Below are positions 26,704-37,800 of a stretch of DNA of 64,000 nucleotides, piece after piece. Under the pieces are notes generated by a model that had not been told where the DNA came from, ran no database searches, and saw only the letters and a program-made list of their open reading frames with translations. Origin of the DNA: Camelus dromedarius (Eukaryota). The DNA lies in assembly GCF_036321535.1 (NCBI RefSeq), contig NC_087437.1, positions 52,082,001 to 52,146,000 of the forward strand, written 5' to 3'. Each line of letters starts with the position of its first letter. Position 1 is the stretch's first letter. The position numbers and the translations under genes are program-made.

Positions 26704-27684
26704 TACATCAGTACCCATAAAAATACTCTTTGAGTCTATAATTCATTTCCTCTCTTGAAATCTCCTCTCAAGAAAGAATCAGATTCAGACCAAAATTTAC
26801 AGCCACTTGTGTTATAATGGTGGGATTTAAGGGTGGGGTGTGAGGAGATAAACTTAAATCCCTAACAACAGAGAACAGTTGGATAACACATGGTATTTTC
26901 ACATGATTCATCTATGTAATTATGAAGTATGTGGGAAACTGCCCACAATATACTATTAAGTTTAAAAAGTTATAAAAGTTTCATGTGAAATAGTCAGATT
27001 TTGTACACTAAGAAATACATCCCTCTCCTTCCTTTCCCAGAAAGAAGACTGGAAGAATACACGTCAAAATATCAAAAGTGTTTATCTTTGGGTGGTTGGA
27101 CTTGTTTTGTTTTGTTTTTGTATACATCAATAGTTTTCCAATTGTTTATGATAAGTTACTTAGCATATCTCATATGAAAAGCTTATTGAGAAAAGCTTTG
27201 GAAAATTGAAACTTGCTTCTTGATCAAGATACTGATCCCCTGAACTGACATGACTTAGTTGGTCTGGACCAGGAGGTAGCCAAATAGGAGTCGCAGGAGG
27301 AGTTGACAAGTTCTGGGTATTCATGAGTACATTGGCTTTGATGCAGTGGATAAATAAGAGCTCGGAGGGGGATGGGTGATGGTTAATGTGAAGAAGGAAA
27401 GGAAGCTTGCTGTAGAAACAAAACCAGAGTAAAATTTAATTAGACTTGCAAAGAAGGTTGTCAAGCAAGGGACTTGGATCATTTAAATTTTATTTAGTTT
27501 TCCAAAATATTTTTGACGGCCAGAGGAGACTGATGTGCATTTCCAGTGGAATGTTCATGGAAGAGTAAATATTTTGTGACTAGAGGCAAATATTTAAGAG
27601 TATCTGGCTTTTTCAGATAACTTATATTTTAAAGTAATTTTAAAATACCAAGAATATAATTTTTTGCAACTTTTTTCCAATTAG

Positions 27685-27765
27685 GACCCAGTTTATGGAA
27701 AAGGAAAACTTGGAGAAATCCAGGGACTTATTCTGGGAATGCTGGATACCTTTAACTATGAACAG
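27685..27765 (+). CDS. VPS8: VPS8 coding exon (7th, 81 nt)
   Basis: ccaattag|GAC acceptor; DPVYGKGKLGEIQGLILGMLDTFNYEQ; donor CAG|gtaaag; phase 0-0. Confidence 0.96.
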
Positions 27766-28456
27766 GTAAAGTACTTTCTACTTCCAAGCTCATGAGGTAG
27801 AAAGAAGCGATTTCTTTTTTCTTTGCATTTATACTTTTTCTTTAAAAATTACCGTCTGTTTTGTGGAAGTTTACTAGATTGAAATGTGTGGTTTTTTAAT
27901 TTTAAATTTTTCTTGCTGCTAATTAATATATGTTTTATACGCACATAACCATATATTCTAGGATGTGGAAATGCATCAAGTTTGGATTCATTTCATTCTT
28001 TTGTTTCATTGGCAGTGGGACAAATACCTTTTTTCCCAAATGAAAAATGTAAGAAACTTTCTGGGAAAATAATGGAATGCAGAGATATAACCCATGAAAA
28101 GGAAGAATCAGCATGAGTATAGAAAATTGCAAAATAAAATTAAATGAGTGTTCTTTTTAACATTCTGAAATGGGAGGGATAAATTGGGATTTGGGGATTT
28201 GTAGGGGGAAAAAAATTCTAAAACAGATAATTGCCACTAACCAGAAATGGTCATTAGTCTTCCCTCAACCCCAAACTGCCTGCCTGTAGCTTTAATTCTC
28301 AGTAAGAGCCAGATTGGTGTAGTTTTTTTTTTTTTTTTTCTTCTTATACTTCAATGTGACTCTTGAAGCAACCTAGGAAAAGTGCCATTTAGGCATGTTA
28401 GATACAATGTCTGTTTTTTTAATAGGAGAAAAAGAAAAATTTGGGTGACAGCTTTT

Positions 28457-28632
28457 TTTTTTTATTTTAATTGAAGTACAGTCAATTATAATTTGTCATA
28501 TTCTGGTAAACAGCACAATGTCCCAGCCATGCATATACCGCAATGTTCTCCGAGGGCAGTCTACCCAGGCAATAGAAATAACAGCAAAAATTAACAAATG
28601 GGACCCAATTAAGATTATAAGCTTTTGCACAG
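28457..28632. mobile_element. Short L1 insertion with 5' inversion
   Basis: Antisense poly-T and L1 3' end (~28457-28538) fused to a sense ORF2 piece (AKINKWDPIKIISFCT); AGCTTTT at 28450-28456 and 28633-28639. Confidence 0.8.
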
Positions 28633-29615
28633 AGCTTTTGTTAGGATGTAGTAAGAATTGCAGTTTTGCTAAGCATAGCCCAGGGAAGCTGATACCCCTG
28701 CAGGCACGGACTCTGTGACAGCAGAAGGAAAGCTGAGTGCAAGGCAAAACATTTTTGCAAACTTTGGAAGAGGAAAAGATGAGGTTGATTGGAAAGAGTT
28801 AAAACAGACCATTAGAACTAAAATTTCTGCATTACAGATAAAGTTAAAGGATCAGACTGTGTAGCAAGGAGGGTGAACAGTATATCTTCCCCTTTGGGAC
28901 TGACAAAAAAGGAATTCAAGTGCACATTGAAATGGTATATATGAATGTTGAGAATGAGATGTAGTAAGGACATAATACTTTATAAGCACAGGGAGCCTTA
29001 AAATGACTTAATGTGATAGCTGTGAAATGTCTTTATGTGACTTAATGACAAATGTCACACTCTTGAGTAGATTCAAATGACTTGTAAGTGCTGATGAGGA
29101 AAATGTGATCTCTCTGCCCAAGGGAGATGAAACTGAGTAATGGCCATTAGCTTTTCCAGTGAAAGGTTAATGTGAAATATTGCTATGGATGCAGTTTCTA
29201 TTTGAAAAATCAGGGTTTTTTTCAATTTGTTATAGCACAACTTTGAGCCATACAGAGAGAACTTATTATATAAAAGTAGTAAATAGATTTGGGTTTATCT
29301 AGTCATTTGAAAGCCATCAGTACTGAATTAAGCCCCACAGAATGACATCTACATTTCTGAGTAGAAACTAGTGACAGCTTTTCAATAATTATTTTAAGAA
29401 TCTTAATGTATAACTTATCATTACTCTGCACATTAAAGTTAACCACTGAAGTCTGAGGTGTTTTGATGTTTGATCAATTTTATGTCATTATAATGTATTC
29501 CAAATCAATTGTTTGTGGTTGAAAATGAGCCAAGTGCTATAATCCTCATTCATTCCCTCTGTCTCTTTCTCTTTATAAACCATTTTGTTGTTGTTGTTGT
29601 TTTGGTCTTTCATAG

Positions 29616-29785
29616 ACCCTGCTGGAAACAACTACTAGCCTTCTAAACCAAGATCTCCATTGGTCGTTGTGTAACCTGAGAGCTTCCGTCACCAGAGGAC
29701 TAAATCCCAAGCAGGATTACTGCTCTATTTGTTTGCAGCAGTACAAGAGACGCCAAGAAATGGCTGATGAAATTATTGTCTTTAG
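29616..29785 (+). CDS. VPS8: VPS8 coding exon (8th, 170 nt), first half of RING-H2
   Basis: tttcatag|ACC acceptor; TLLETTTSLLNQDLHWSLCNLRASVTRGLNPKQDYCSICLQQYKRRQEMADEIIVF plus 2 nt; donor TAG|gtaaga; CxxC in CSIC. Confidence 0.96.
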
Positions 29786-29869
29786 GTAAGAGAGAGAAGG
29801 AAATGTTACATGTGTGGTGTGTGTGCATGTGTGGTATTGCCAGGCAGGAATATACGTGGACACACAGCC

Positions 29870-30440
29870 CCAGGTGGTCATTCTGGCAGTGAACAAAACA
29901 AGGCAAAGTTCCTGCCCTCGTAGACCTTACATTCTGCATGGGAGTCAGGAGGAAGGGGTGTGAGGGAGGTCAGATGATACATAAACAGAGTAATAAGAGC
30001 TATGAAGAGAAATAAAACACAGGGTAAGGGATAGAAAGAAGAAGTGTTCTGAGTGAGAGTGCTATTTTAAGATACCATAATGAGGAAAAACATCTCCAAG
30101 GAAGTGACATTTGAGCAAAATGAGAGGTAGGAGTGAAGGTGCAGAATGTATTTTAAGGGAAGAGCTAACTTGCTGATGTATTAAATATGAACTGATGGAA
30201 AAACATCTTCGGCCTGAGCAACTGGATGAATGTGGTACCATCCGCTGAGATGAGCAGGAACAGGCATGAGGAGCTGGGAAAATGTAAGAATTTTGTCTTA
30301 GATGTGTTAGGTTTGAGATGCTGATTAAACATCCAACTAGGAATGTCAGGTAGACAGTTATTCTAGTCAGAAACCTGGAGACATATCCTGGAAATATAAA
30401 TTTAGAAACTGTCAGCGTATAAATGATATTTAAAGCCACA
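29870..30440 (-). mobile_element. L2 fragment
   Basis: cagtgaacaaaacaaggcaaagttcctgccctcgtagaccttacattct and tttgagatgctgattaaacatccaa motifs. Confidence 0.75.
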
Positions 30441-30519
30441 GTGCAAAGACAGAAGTCTAGTGCAAAAGTGGAAGCTCTGATCTCAGGAGCAGGCAGCTCA
30501 TCCAGAATATATGATTACA

Positions 30520-30765
30520 GGCAATGTAAGATGGACTTTGGAGCCAGACTCCTTGAGTTCAAATCCTGACTCTGCCACTTACTAGCTGTGAGACTTTGAC
30601 AAATTATTTAATCTCTTTACATCTTAGTTTCTTCATCTTTAAATTGGGATAACAGTTGTATCTACTCCATAGGGTTTTGTGAAGATTAAACGAGATAATT
30701 TACATAAGACACTTGTAACCATGCTGACATATAGTAAGCACTGTGTAAGTGTTAGCTTCTGTTAT
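30520..30765 (+). mobile_element. MIR SINE, near full length
   Basis: ggactttggagccagactccttgagttcaaatcctgactctgccacttactagctgtg closely follows the MIR consensus. Confidence 0.9.
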
Positions 30766-30833
30766 TATAGATACAGGAAGATGGGTAGATTTGGTGGTTG
30801 GAAGGGAAAGTAGTTCTCATCACACAAAGAGCC

Positions 30834-32135
30834 CATTCAACAAATATTTATTGAGCACCTGCTATATGCCAGTTACTGTTCAAGGGGATAGTGTACCATA
30901 TGAACAAAACAAAGAGTCTGCTCTCGTGGCATTTACACTGTAGTGAAAGAAGCAGGCAGAAAAACAAGTAAAATGCCAGATAGTGACTGCCATGGAAACT
31001 GGATGAATGTGGTACCATCCTCTTAAGACGAGGGGGAGCTGGCGTGAGGAGCTTGGGAAATTAAGAATTTTGTCTTAGAGCTGTTAATTTTGAGGTGCCA
31101 ATTAAAATCCAAGTAGGAAAATCCAACTCTACCTGTATGGAAAAAAGATAAAATATGTTAAGTGAGATATAAAGTGTTTGTGGGGAAAAATATTTTATGT
31201 AGAGTGGTCAGCAAAAGCTTCACTTTAAGGTGACTGAGCTGAGAAGCTAAAAATTAATAAAAATGTAATAATTACCATGAATAAAATAAAACATGGTGTA
31301 CAGGAAAGAGAATGTTGGGAGCTACTAATTTATAAAGAGCTGTTAGGGAAATTTAAGTGGCATTTGAGCAGAGACCTGAAGGAAGTGGCCATGCAGTGTC
31401 AAGGAGAGAGTGCCCCAGACAGAGGATCAACAAGTGCAGAAACCACGAGGCAGGTGCTTGGCGTACTTGACAGGTAGCGAGTGAGTGGCCTAGTGTTGCC
31501 TGGGCAGAGTGAAGGGAGAATGATAAGAGATGACTTCTCTTATGAGAGGAAGAGGAGCAGCCAAATCATGTAGGAACTGGGTCATTATAAAGAGTTAAAC
31601 TCTTAATCTGAGATGAAAAGCCATCAGATGGTTTTGAGGCTAGGGTTGACATGACCTGACCTGTCTTAAGGATCACTTTGACTGCTGTGGTGAAGGTCAA
31701 GGGTGAGAGTAGAATGACCAGTTAGGCTATGGCAGTAATCCAAGTGAGAGGTGGCCTGGGGTGATTGTAATGAGGTAGGAAGCGGTGGAATTCTGGATAT
31801 ATTGGGAAGGATGAGCTGATAAGATATGTTTATAGATTGGATGTGAGATGTGAAAGAAAGAGAATCGTTTTTGGCCTGAGAAACTGGAAGAATATAGTTG
31901 CCATTTATTTAGATGTGGAAAGTTGGATGAGAATGTGCAGTGGGGTGGAGTAGGGTGGAAATCAAGAATTTGGTTTAGGGTGTGTGAAATTTAAGATGCC
32001 TATTAGACATCCATAGTAGAGCTCTTGAGGAGACAGATGGGGTTTAGGAGAGAAGTCTGGGCTGAAGGTATAAATTTGGCAGTCATCGGCATGTAGGCAG
32101 TATTTTAAAGCTACGGAACTGGAAGTAATCACTAA
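30834..32135 (-). mobile_element. L2 fragments
   Basis: cattcaacaaatatttattgagcacctgctatatgccag (L2 3' end) followed by L2 body. Confidence 0.8.
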
Positions 32136-32898
32136 AGGAGCAAGGATGATGGCTCCTTAGAAAGGAGATTATGGAAGAGAAAGGATGTATGTATGTGTAT
32201 GTATATATATATATGTGTGTGTGTACATATATATATAGAGAGAGAGAGACAGAGGGAAAGAAAGGGTAGGGGAAAAGATAGATTATAAAGACTATAGAAG
32301 AAAAAAGGATTGACTTCTGAGGTGGTCCAACATTTCAGGTTGAAAAAATGAGGAGGAATCGGTAAAGGTGACTGAGACACTCAGCATTCACTTCTGGGAT
32401 GCTTGTTTGGTAACATAGTGTAATCCATAGGGAGTTTCTTCATAGGAATAATGTTAGAATTTACTGTAGCACTGGCCTTTTTGTAAATGCTTGTTACTCA
32501 GTCATGACTCTTGAATTTGATGAGGCAGACTACTCATGTTATTATCAAGCTACTTATACAATTATAATTTTCCCCAATTGACTTTTTTCCAAACTGTCTA
32601 AAAATGCTTCATAATTTGAGAAATGAACAGAAGTTCAGCTCATCCCCTGGTGGCTTGGAGTCAAAGAACTGTGATGCTATTCATACTTACAACTTAAGTG
32701 TACAAATATGTGAGTCTGAATTTTAAAAAAGAGAGGACAGCACCAAGTAAATCTCCTTTTTTGTTTCTTAACCTATACAGCCATCAGTGCATTCCAGCTT
32801 ATTAGAAATATTTATCACTCATAAATATACTCTAACATAACTTATGTTTATGACTTTATGACAATGAAAAGTGTAATTTGATTGCCTTCATTTTGCAG

Positions 32899-33064
32899 CT
32901 GTGGTCATTTGTATCACTCATTCTGTCTGCAAAACAAAGAGTGCACCGTAGAAATTGAGGGACAAACGAGATGGACATGCTACAAATGCAGCTCAAGTAA
33001 CAAAGTAGGAAAGTTAAGTGAAAATTCATCTGAAATTAAAAAGGGAAGGATAACGCCATCACAG
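32899..33064 (+). CDS. VPS8: VPS8 coding exon (9th, 166 nt), second half of RING-H2
   Basis: ttttgcag|C acceptor; (S)CGHLYHSFCLQNKECTVEIEGQTRWTCYKCSSSNKVGKLSENSSEIKKGRITPSQ; CxHxxHxxC...CxxC; donor CAG|gtaaga; lies in supplied ORF 32882..33250. Confidence 0.97.
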
Positions 33065-33712
33065 GTAAGACTTGTTTTTGTGGCAAGATGGAGATGGTCT
33101 TTTCTTAACAGCATCTTTAGGCCTGGCCTCATTTTCTTCAGGTCCTATAGGCTTTACTTGGTGGGTCTCCAGTGTATGACATCTTCCACTGAGTTTTGTT
33201 TAGTATTTGGAGTTATCTCCTCTCTGTCCAGCAATAAAAAATGGATTTAAGAGAAACCGAAAACATTTTCTGCGCTTAAAAAACCTTAAGTTCTGATTGA
33301 ACAGAGAGGATGTAAGCCCATGAGTCTTCCTAAGTAAGAGGTCAGCAAGTACAGATGCTCTGGTACTAATGAACGCCCGTATGTGCTGAAGAGTGCAGAG
33401 CTATCACTTTTAAACACAGCTGATAGACAAGGTACATACACATGTGCTCTGTGCATGGTTTTCCCAGCTGGGTAACTTTCTTCAAAGAATTTGATGCAAT
33501 AGTGTTCATTTGAGAAATTTTCATTGCCTTTGGACTATATACAATTTTGTTTATTTTACAGACTTTCCTTTTTCCTTCTTCAGCAGGCAATAGAGCAGAG
33601 CTTGAACTCTGCTGCTTAGTAACTTTTAGGAGAACATAACTTGGCAACACAAGGGGCTCAGTGTGGAGGAGGAGCAGCTACTAGAGCTGTGACCTGGTCG
33701 TTGTGCTGTTCT

Positions 33713-33803
33713 TTCTTTCTTTTCTTTCTTTCCTTCCTTCCTTCCTTTCTTTTTTTCTTTTCTTTTCTCCCTTTCTTTCTCCCTTTCTTTCTTTCTTTCT
33801 TTC

Positions 33804-33885
<82 letters not shown>

Positions 33886-34085
33886 TTCCTTCCTTCCTTC
33901 CTTCCTTCCTTCCTTCCTTCCTTCCTTCCTTCCTTTTCTTTCTTTCTCTCTTTCTCTTTCTTTCTTTCTTTATCTCTCTCTCTCCCTCTCTCCCTCTCTC
34001 CCTCTCTCCCTTCCTCCCTTCCTTCCTTCCTTCCTCCCTCCCTCTCTTTCTTTCTTTCTTTCTTTCTTTCCTTTCTTCCTTCTTT
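33713..34085. repeat. Compound (CTTT)n/(CCTT)n/(CT)n polypyrimidine microsatellite, ~370 bp
   Basis: Read directly; nearly pure C/T on the + strand. Confidence 0.97.
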
Positions 34086-34175
34086 TAATGGAGGTACTGG
34101 GGATTGAACCGAGGACTTTGTGCATGCTAAGCATGTGCTCTACCGCTGAGCTCTTCCCACCCCCACCCCACCCCA
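34086..34175 (-). mobile_element. tRNA-derived SINE (camelid VicSINE-like)
   Basis: Minus strand reads AGCTCAGCGGTAGAGCACATGCTTAGCATGCACAAAGTCCTCGGTTCAATCCCCAGTACCTCC (Pol III A and B boxes); TSD TGCTGTTCT at 33704-33712 and 34176-34184. Confidence 0.88.
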
Positions 34176-34572
34176 TGCTGTTCTAAATGTACTTCCTCTT
34201 CAAAGTGAGAAGTGGTTCCACGTTTGCTGTTTCCTGCTCCTCCCTCTATGCCACCCTATTCTGTAGTTGACCTTAACATCGCATAGTGAAAAGTTGGACC
34301 TGCTGCTTTTTTTCTGTCTGTTTCATCAGCTTTCAGTGTTAAATCAGAAGCAGATCCCGGAGAAAAAACCCTGACCTAGCTTCTCCCAGGTAACAGTTGA
34401 GAATTTCTACACTCCAGTGGTAGGCATTAATTTATATATTCACTCAGTAGATACGGAGCAGCATGCCAGGCAGTGTGCTGGGGAGACAGTAGTAGAGAAG
34501 ACATTTGTCTTAAGGAATTTATGACCAATGAAATTATGAATAGATTTTCAATAAGCATTCTCAAGTTCTTTC

Positions 34573-35373
34573 TGATGTCAGATACATGATGTCTTTTCCA
34601 ACACCAATTCTGACACCAGTTCTGTCAATTCTCTGGACATCAACTGAGTGTCCAATTACTCAATTCTGACACTCACTGTCAGGACTCAGCGTCAGACTCC
34701 ACAGGTTTAAGGGCTCATTCCCATAAGACTGTCCTCACTTCAGACACAAGTTACAAATGGGATGTGCAGATTACACACACTACTATCTGACTTGGCAAAT
34801 TTAGGAGTCCCCATGACCCATTACTCCAGTTTCAGTAATTCACTAGAACAACTCATAGAGCTTAAGAAAATACATTTACCCATTTATTATATACAACTCA
34901 GGAATAGTGAAATGAAAGAAATGCATAGGACAAGGCATGGGGGAAGAAGGATGCCCAGAGCTTCTGTGCCCTCTCCTGGCACACAACCTTCACAGTACAT
35001 CAGCGTACTCACCAGCCTGGAAGCTTTTTGAACCTCGACAGTTAGGGAGTTTTATTGGAGGTTTCATTGCATAGCCATAATTGATTAAACACTGGCAGTT
35101 AGTGATTGGGCTCAATATCCAGCCCCTCTCCCCTCCTCAGATGTGGGGATGGGGGGAAGATGGGGAGGGGAGAATTGAAAGTTCCAACCCTCTAATCATG
35201 GCTTGATACTCCTGGTGACCAGCTGCCATCCTGAAGCGATCTAGGGGTCCCCAGACACCAGTCATCTCATTAGCATACAAAAGGCACTCATCACTCAGGA
35301 GTCCAAGAGTTTTAGGAACTGTGTAATGGGAACCAGGGACAAAGACCAAATAATATTTTTTTATTATACCACA
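34573..35373 (-). mobile_element. MER21-like solo LTR (endogenous retrovirus)
   Basis: Minus strand begins TGTGGTATAATAA...TTTGGTCTTTGTCCCTGGTTCC...TGTATGCTAATGAGATGACT, as in the recalled MER21 consensus. Confidence 0.8.
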
Positions 35374-36659
35374 GGTACTTACAGATGAACTATACTATAA
35401 GAGCAGATAATGAATAGACCTAAATCTAGACATAGGAGATCATGGAAGACTTCCTTGAAGTGCCATTTTAGCTGCCCCTGAAGGAAAAAAAGAAGATAAA
35501 GTTTAAGTGCAAGGGTGGGCAGGAGGAGGAGTATTCCAAGCAAAGGGATTAATATGTAAAACAAACATAAAGCATCCCTACTGTGAAGCAGGAAAAAGCA
35601 TGGAACTAGACATTGAGTATGATTGGATCTAGAGGGTGAAAGAGAATGGTATTAGATGAGATTAGTAGGTAAACAGGGACCGTATTATTTTCATTGTTTG
35701 TGCTAAAGAAATAGAGAAGGTATTAAAGGTTTTAAAGAAGGAATGATATGATTTGATCAAGTAGTATTTTTTTTTAGAATAATATTTTTAAAAGAACTGC
35801 AGTGCAGAAAATGAATTGAAAGGGAAGCAAGAATGAATGTAGGGAGACCAAGAATATTAAAATAATTTTGAGGAAAGAAGTGGTAACTTATACTAGAATG
35901 GTGAAAGTTAGGATGGAGTAAGGAATGTATATTTGAGATGTGTTTGAGACGTTTGCAAATATCAGAATAATTAATGTGGTCCCTGCTTACCTCACTAGCT
36001 TCATCTCATACCACTCTCACCTTCTAGATTCAGTTATGCTCACCTTCTAGTTCTGTACTCTTTTCTGCTTACAGCAGAGATGCTATGCTTGAAAGACAAT
36101 TATCAGAACTTGGTGATAAATTGGTTGAATGGAGGAGGTAAGACAGAGGGAGGAGTCAAAGATAGCACTCAGATTTCTTGCTTGAGCAGCCAAATGGATG
36201 GTAGTACCATTTACTGAGATTTAAAGTAATAAACAGACAACATATTTGGGAATAGGGTAGAGAATTCATTGCTGGAGTTAGAGATGTCTGCAGGACATAC
36301 AGGTACAGATGTTCAGTGTGGTTTCCAGATGGAAAATGTTACTAACTAATCATAATGCTTCCTTGTTTGCATTTAGGAAAGGAAAGATAGGTTCTGTGAT
36401 TTCTACTATCTTTCCAAGCTGAATACAAATGCAGATGGGGGAACCTTTATTTATGCAGATACTTAAGGCATTAAATCTTGGGGCACTTCAATTTCTTTCC
36501 TCTTTCAGTTATATCCTTTTCATAAACAACTTGGGATTATATGCCTGGATATTACCAACTAGATTTTTTTTTCTTTCTTCCTAATTAGTCCTTAGAGGCA
36601 AAAAAATAGCTTTTTTAAAACTATAATTATGTATTATGTATGAAATTATATATTCTAAT

Positions 36660-37520
36660 ACATAATTTTTAAACAGCAAAATTCACCTTCTGCAAGTTTT
36701 GACAACCACTTTTCTTTGTAGTCAGCCTCTCCCCCCACCGTCAACCCCTGGCAACTACTGATGCATTTGGAGTTAATTTTCAGTAGGACATGAGATAAGG
36801 ATTGAGGTTCTTTCTTTTGCATATGGATATCCATTGAATTGCCTTTGTACCTTAGTCAAAAATAAATTGACCACGTATATGGGTCTATTTGTAGACTTTC
36901 TATTCTATGCCATTGATCTATATATTTATCTTTTCTCCAATAATGTCTTTGTAATAAATCTGAATATCAGGTAGTGTGAGTCTTCCAACTTTAAACTTCT
37001 TTCTCACATTTGGCTATTCTGTTTACTTTTCCATATAAATTTTAAAATCAGCTCATTAATTTCTACAAAAAAAATCATGCTGGGATTTTACTGGGGTTGT
37101 GTTGAATATATAGATCAGGTGGGGAGAGTTGACAGCTTAATGATATTGAGTCTTCCAGTCCATTAACATGGTATATCTCACAATTTATTTAAATCATTTT
37201 GATTTATTTCATCATTGTTTTGTAGTTTTTGGCATATAAATCCTGTGTATGTTTTGTAAGATTTATTTCTAAGTATTTAATGACTTGATGCTATTGAATT
37301 TTTACTGTTTTTTATTTCAGTTTCTAATTGTTCATTGCTAGAATATAGAAATACTGTTTATATTTGCGTATTGACCATGTATCCAGTGACCAGTGACCTT
37401 ACTAAGCTTACTTACTAGTCTAATATTTTTTAATAGATTCTTTGGTATTTTCTGCATGAGACAATCATATCATATGCAAATAATGACTGTTTTATTTCTT
37501 CCTTTCAATCTTACATCTTT

Positions 37521-37576
<56 letters not shown>

Positions 37577-37800
37577 TCATTGCATTGGCCTCCAGTACAA
37601 TGTTGAATGAGAATGTTGAGGATAGACATCCTTGCACTTGTTACTGATCTTAGGGGGAAGGTGTTCAATTTTTCATTAAATATTATGATAACTATAGGAT
37701 TTTTGTCTGTAACCTTTATATCATGTTTAGGAAGTTCCTTTTATTTCATGTTTTACTGAGAATTTTTTCACGGATGCGTTTTGAATTTTGAAGCCAATTA
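36660..37800 (-). mobile_element. Old L1 ORF2 relic containing a (TCTT)n tract
   Basis: Antisense L1 motifs (atattgagtcttccagtccattaacatgg, tccagtacaatgttgaat). Confidence 0.78.
37517..37578. repeat. (CTTT)n tetranucleotide microsatellite
   Basis: Read directly. Confidence 0.95.

Noticed and set aside
33641..34186. 181-aa and 134-aa Phe/Leu/Ser-rich ORFs resembling membrane proteins
   Set aside because: They are translations of the (CTTT)n microsatellite and SINE; pyrimidine-only repeats cannot contain stop codons.
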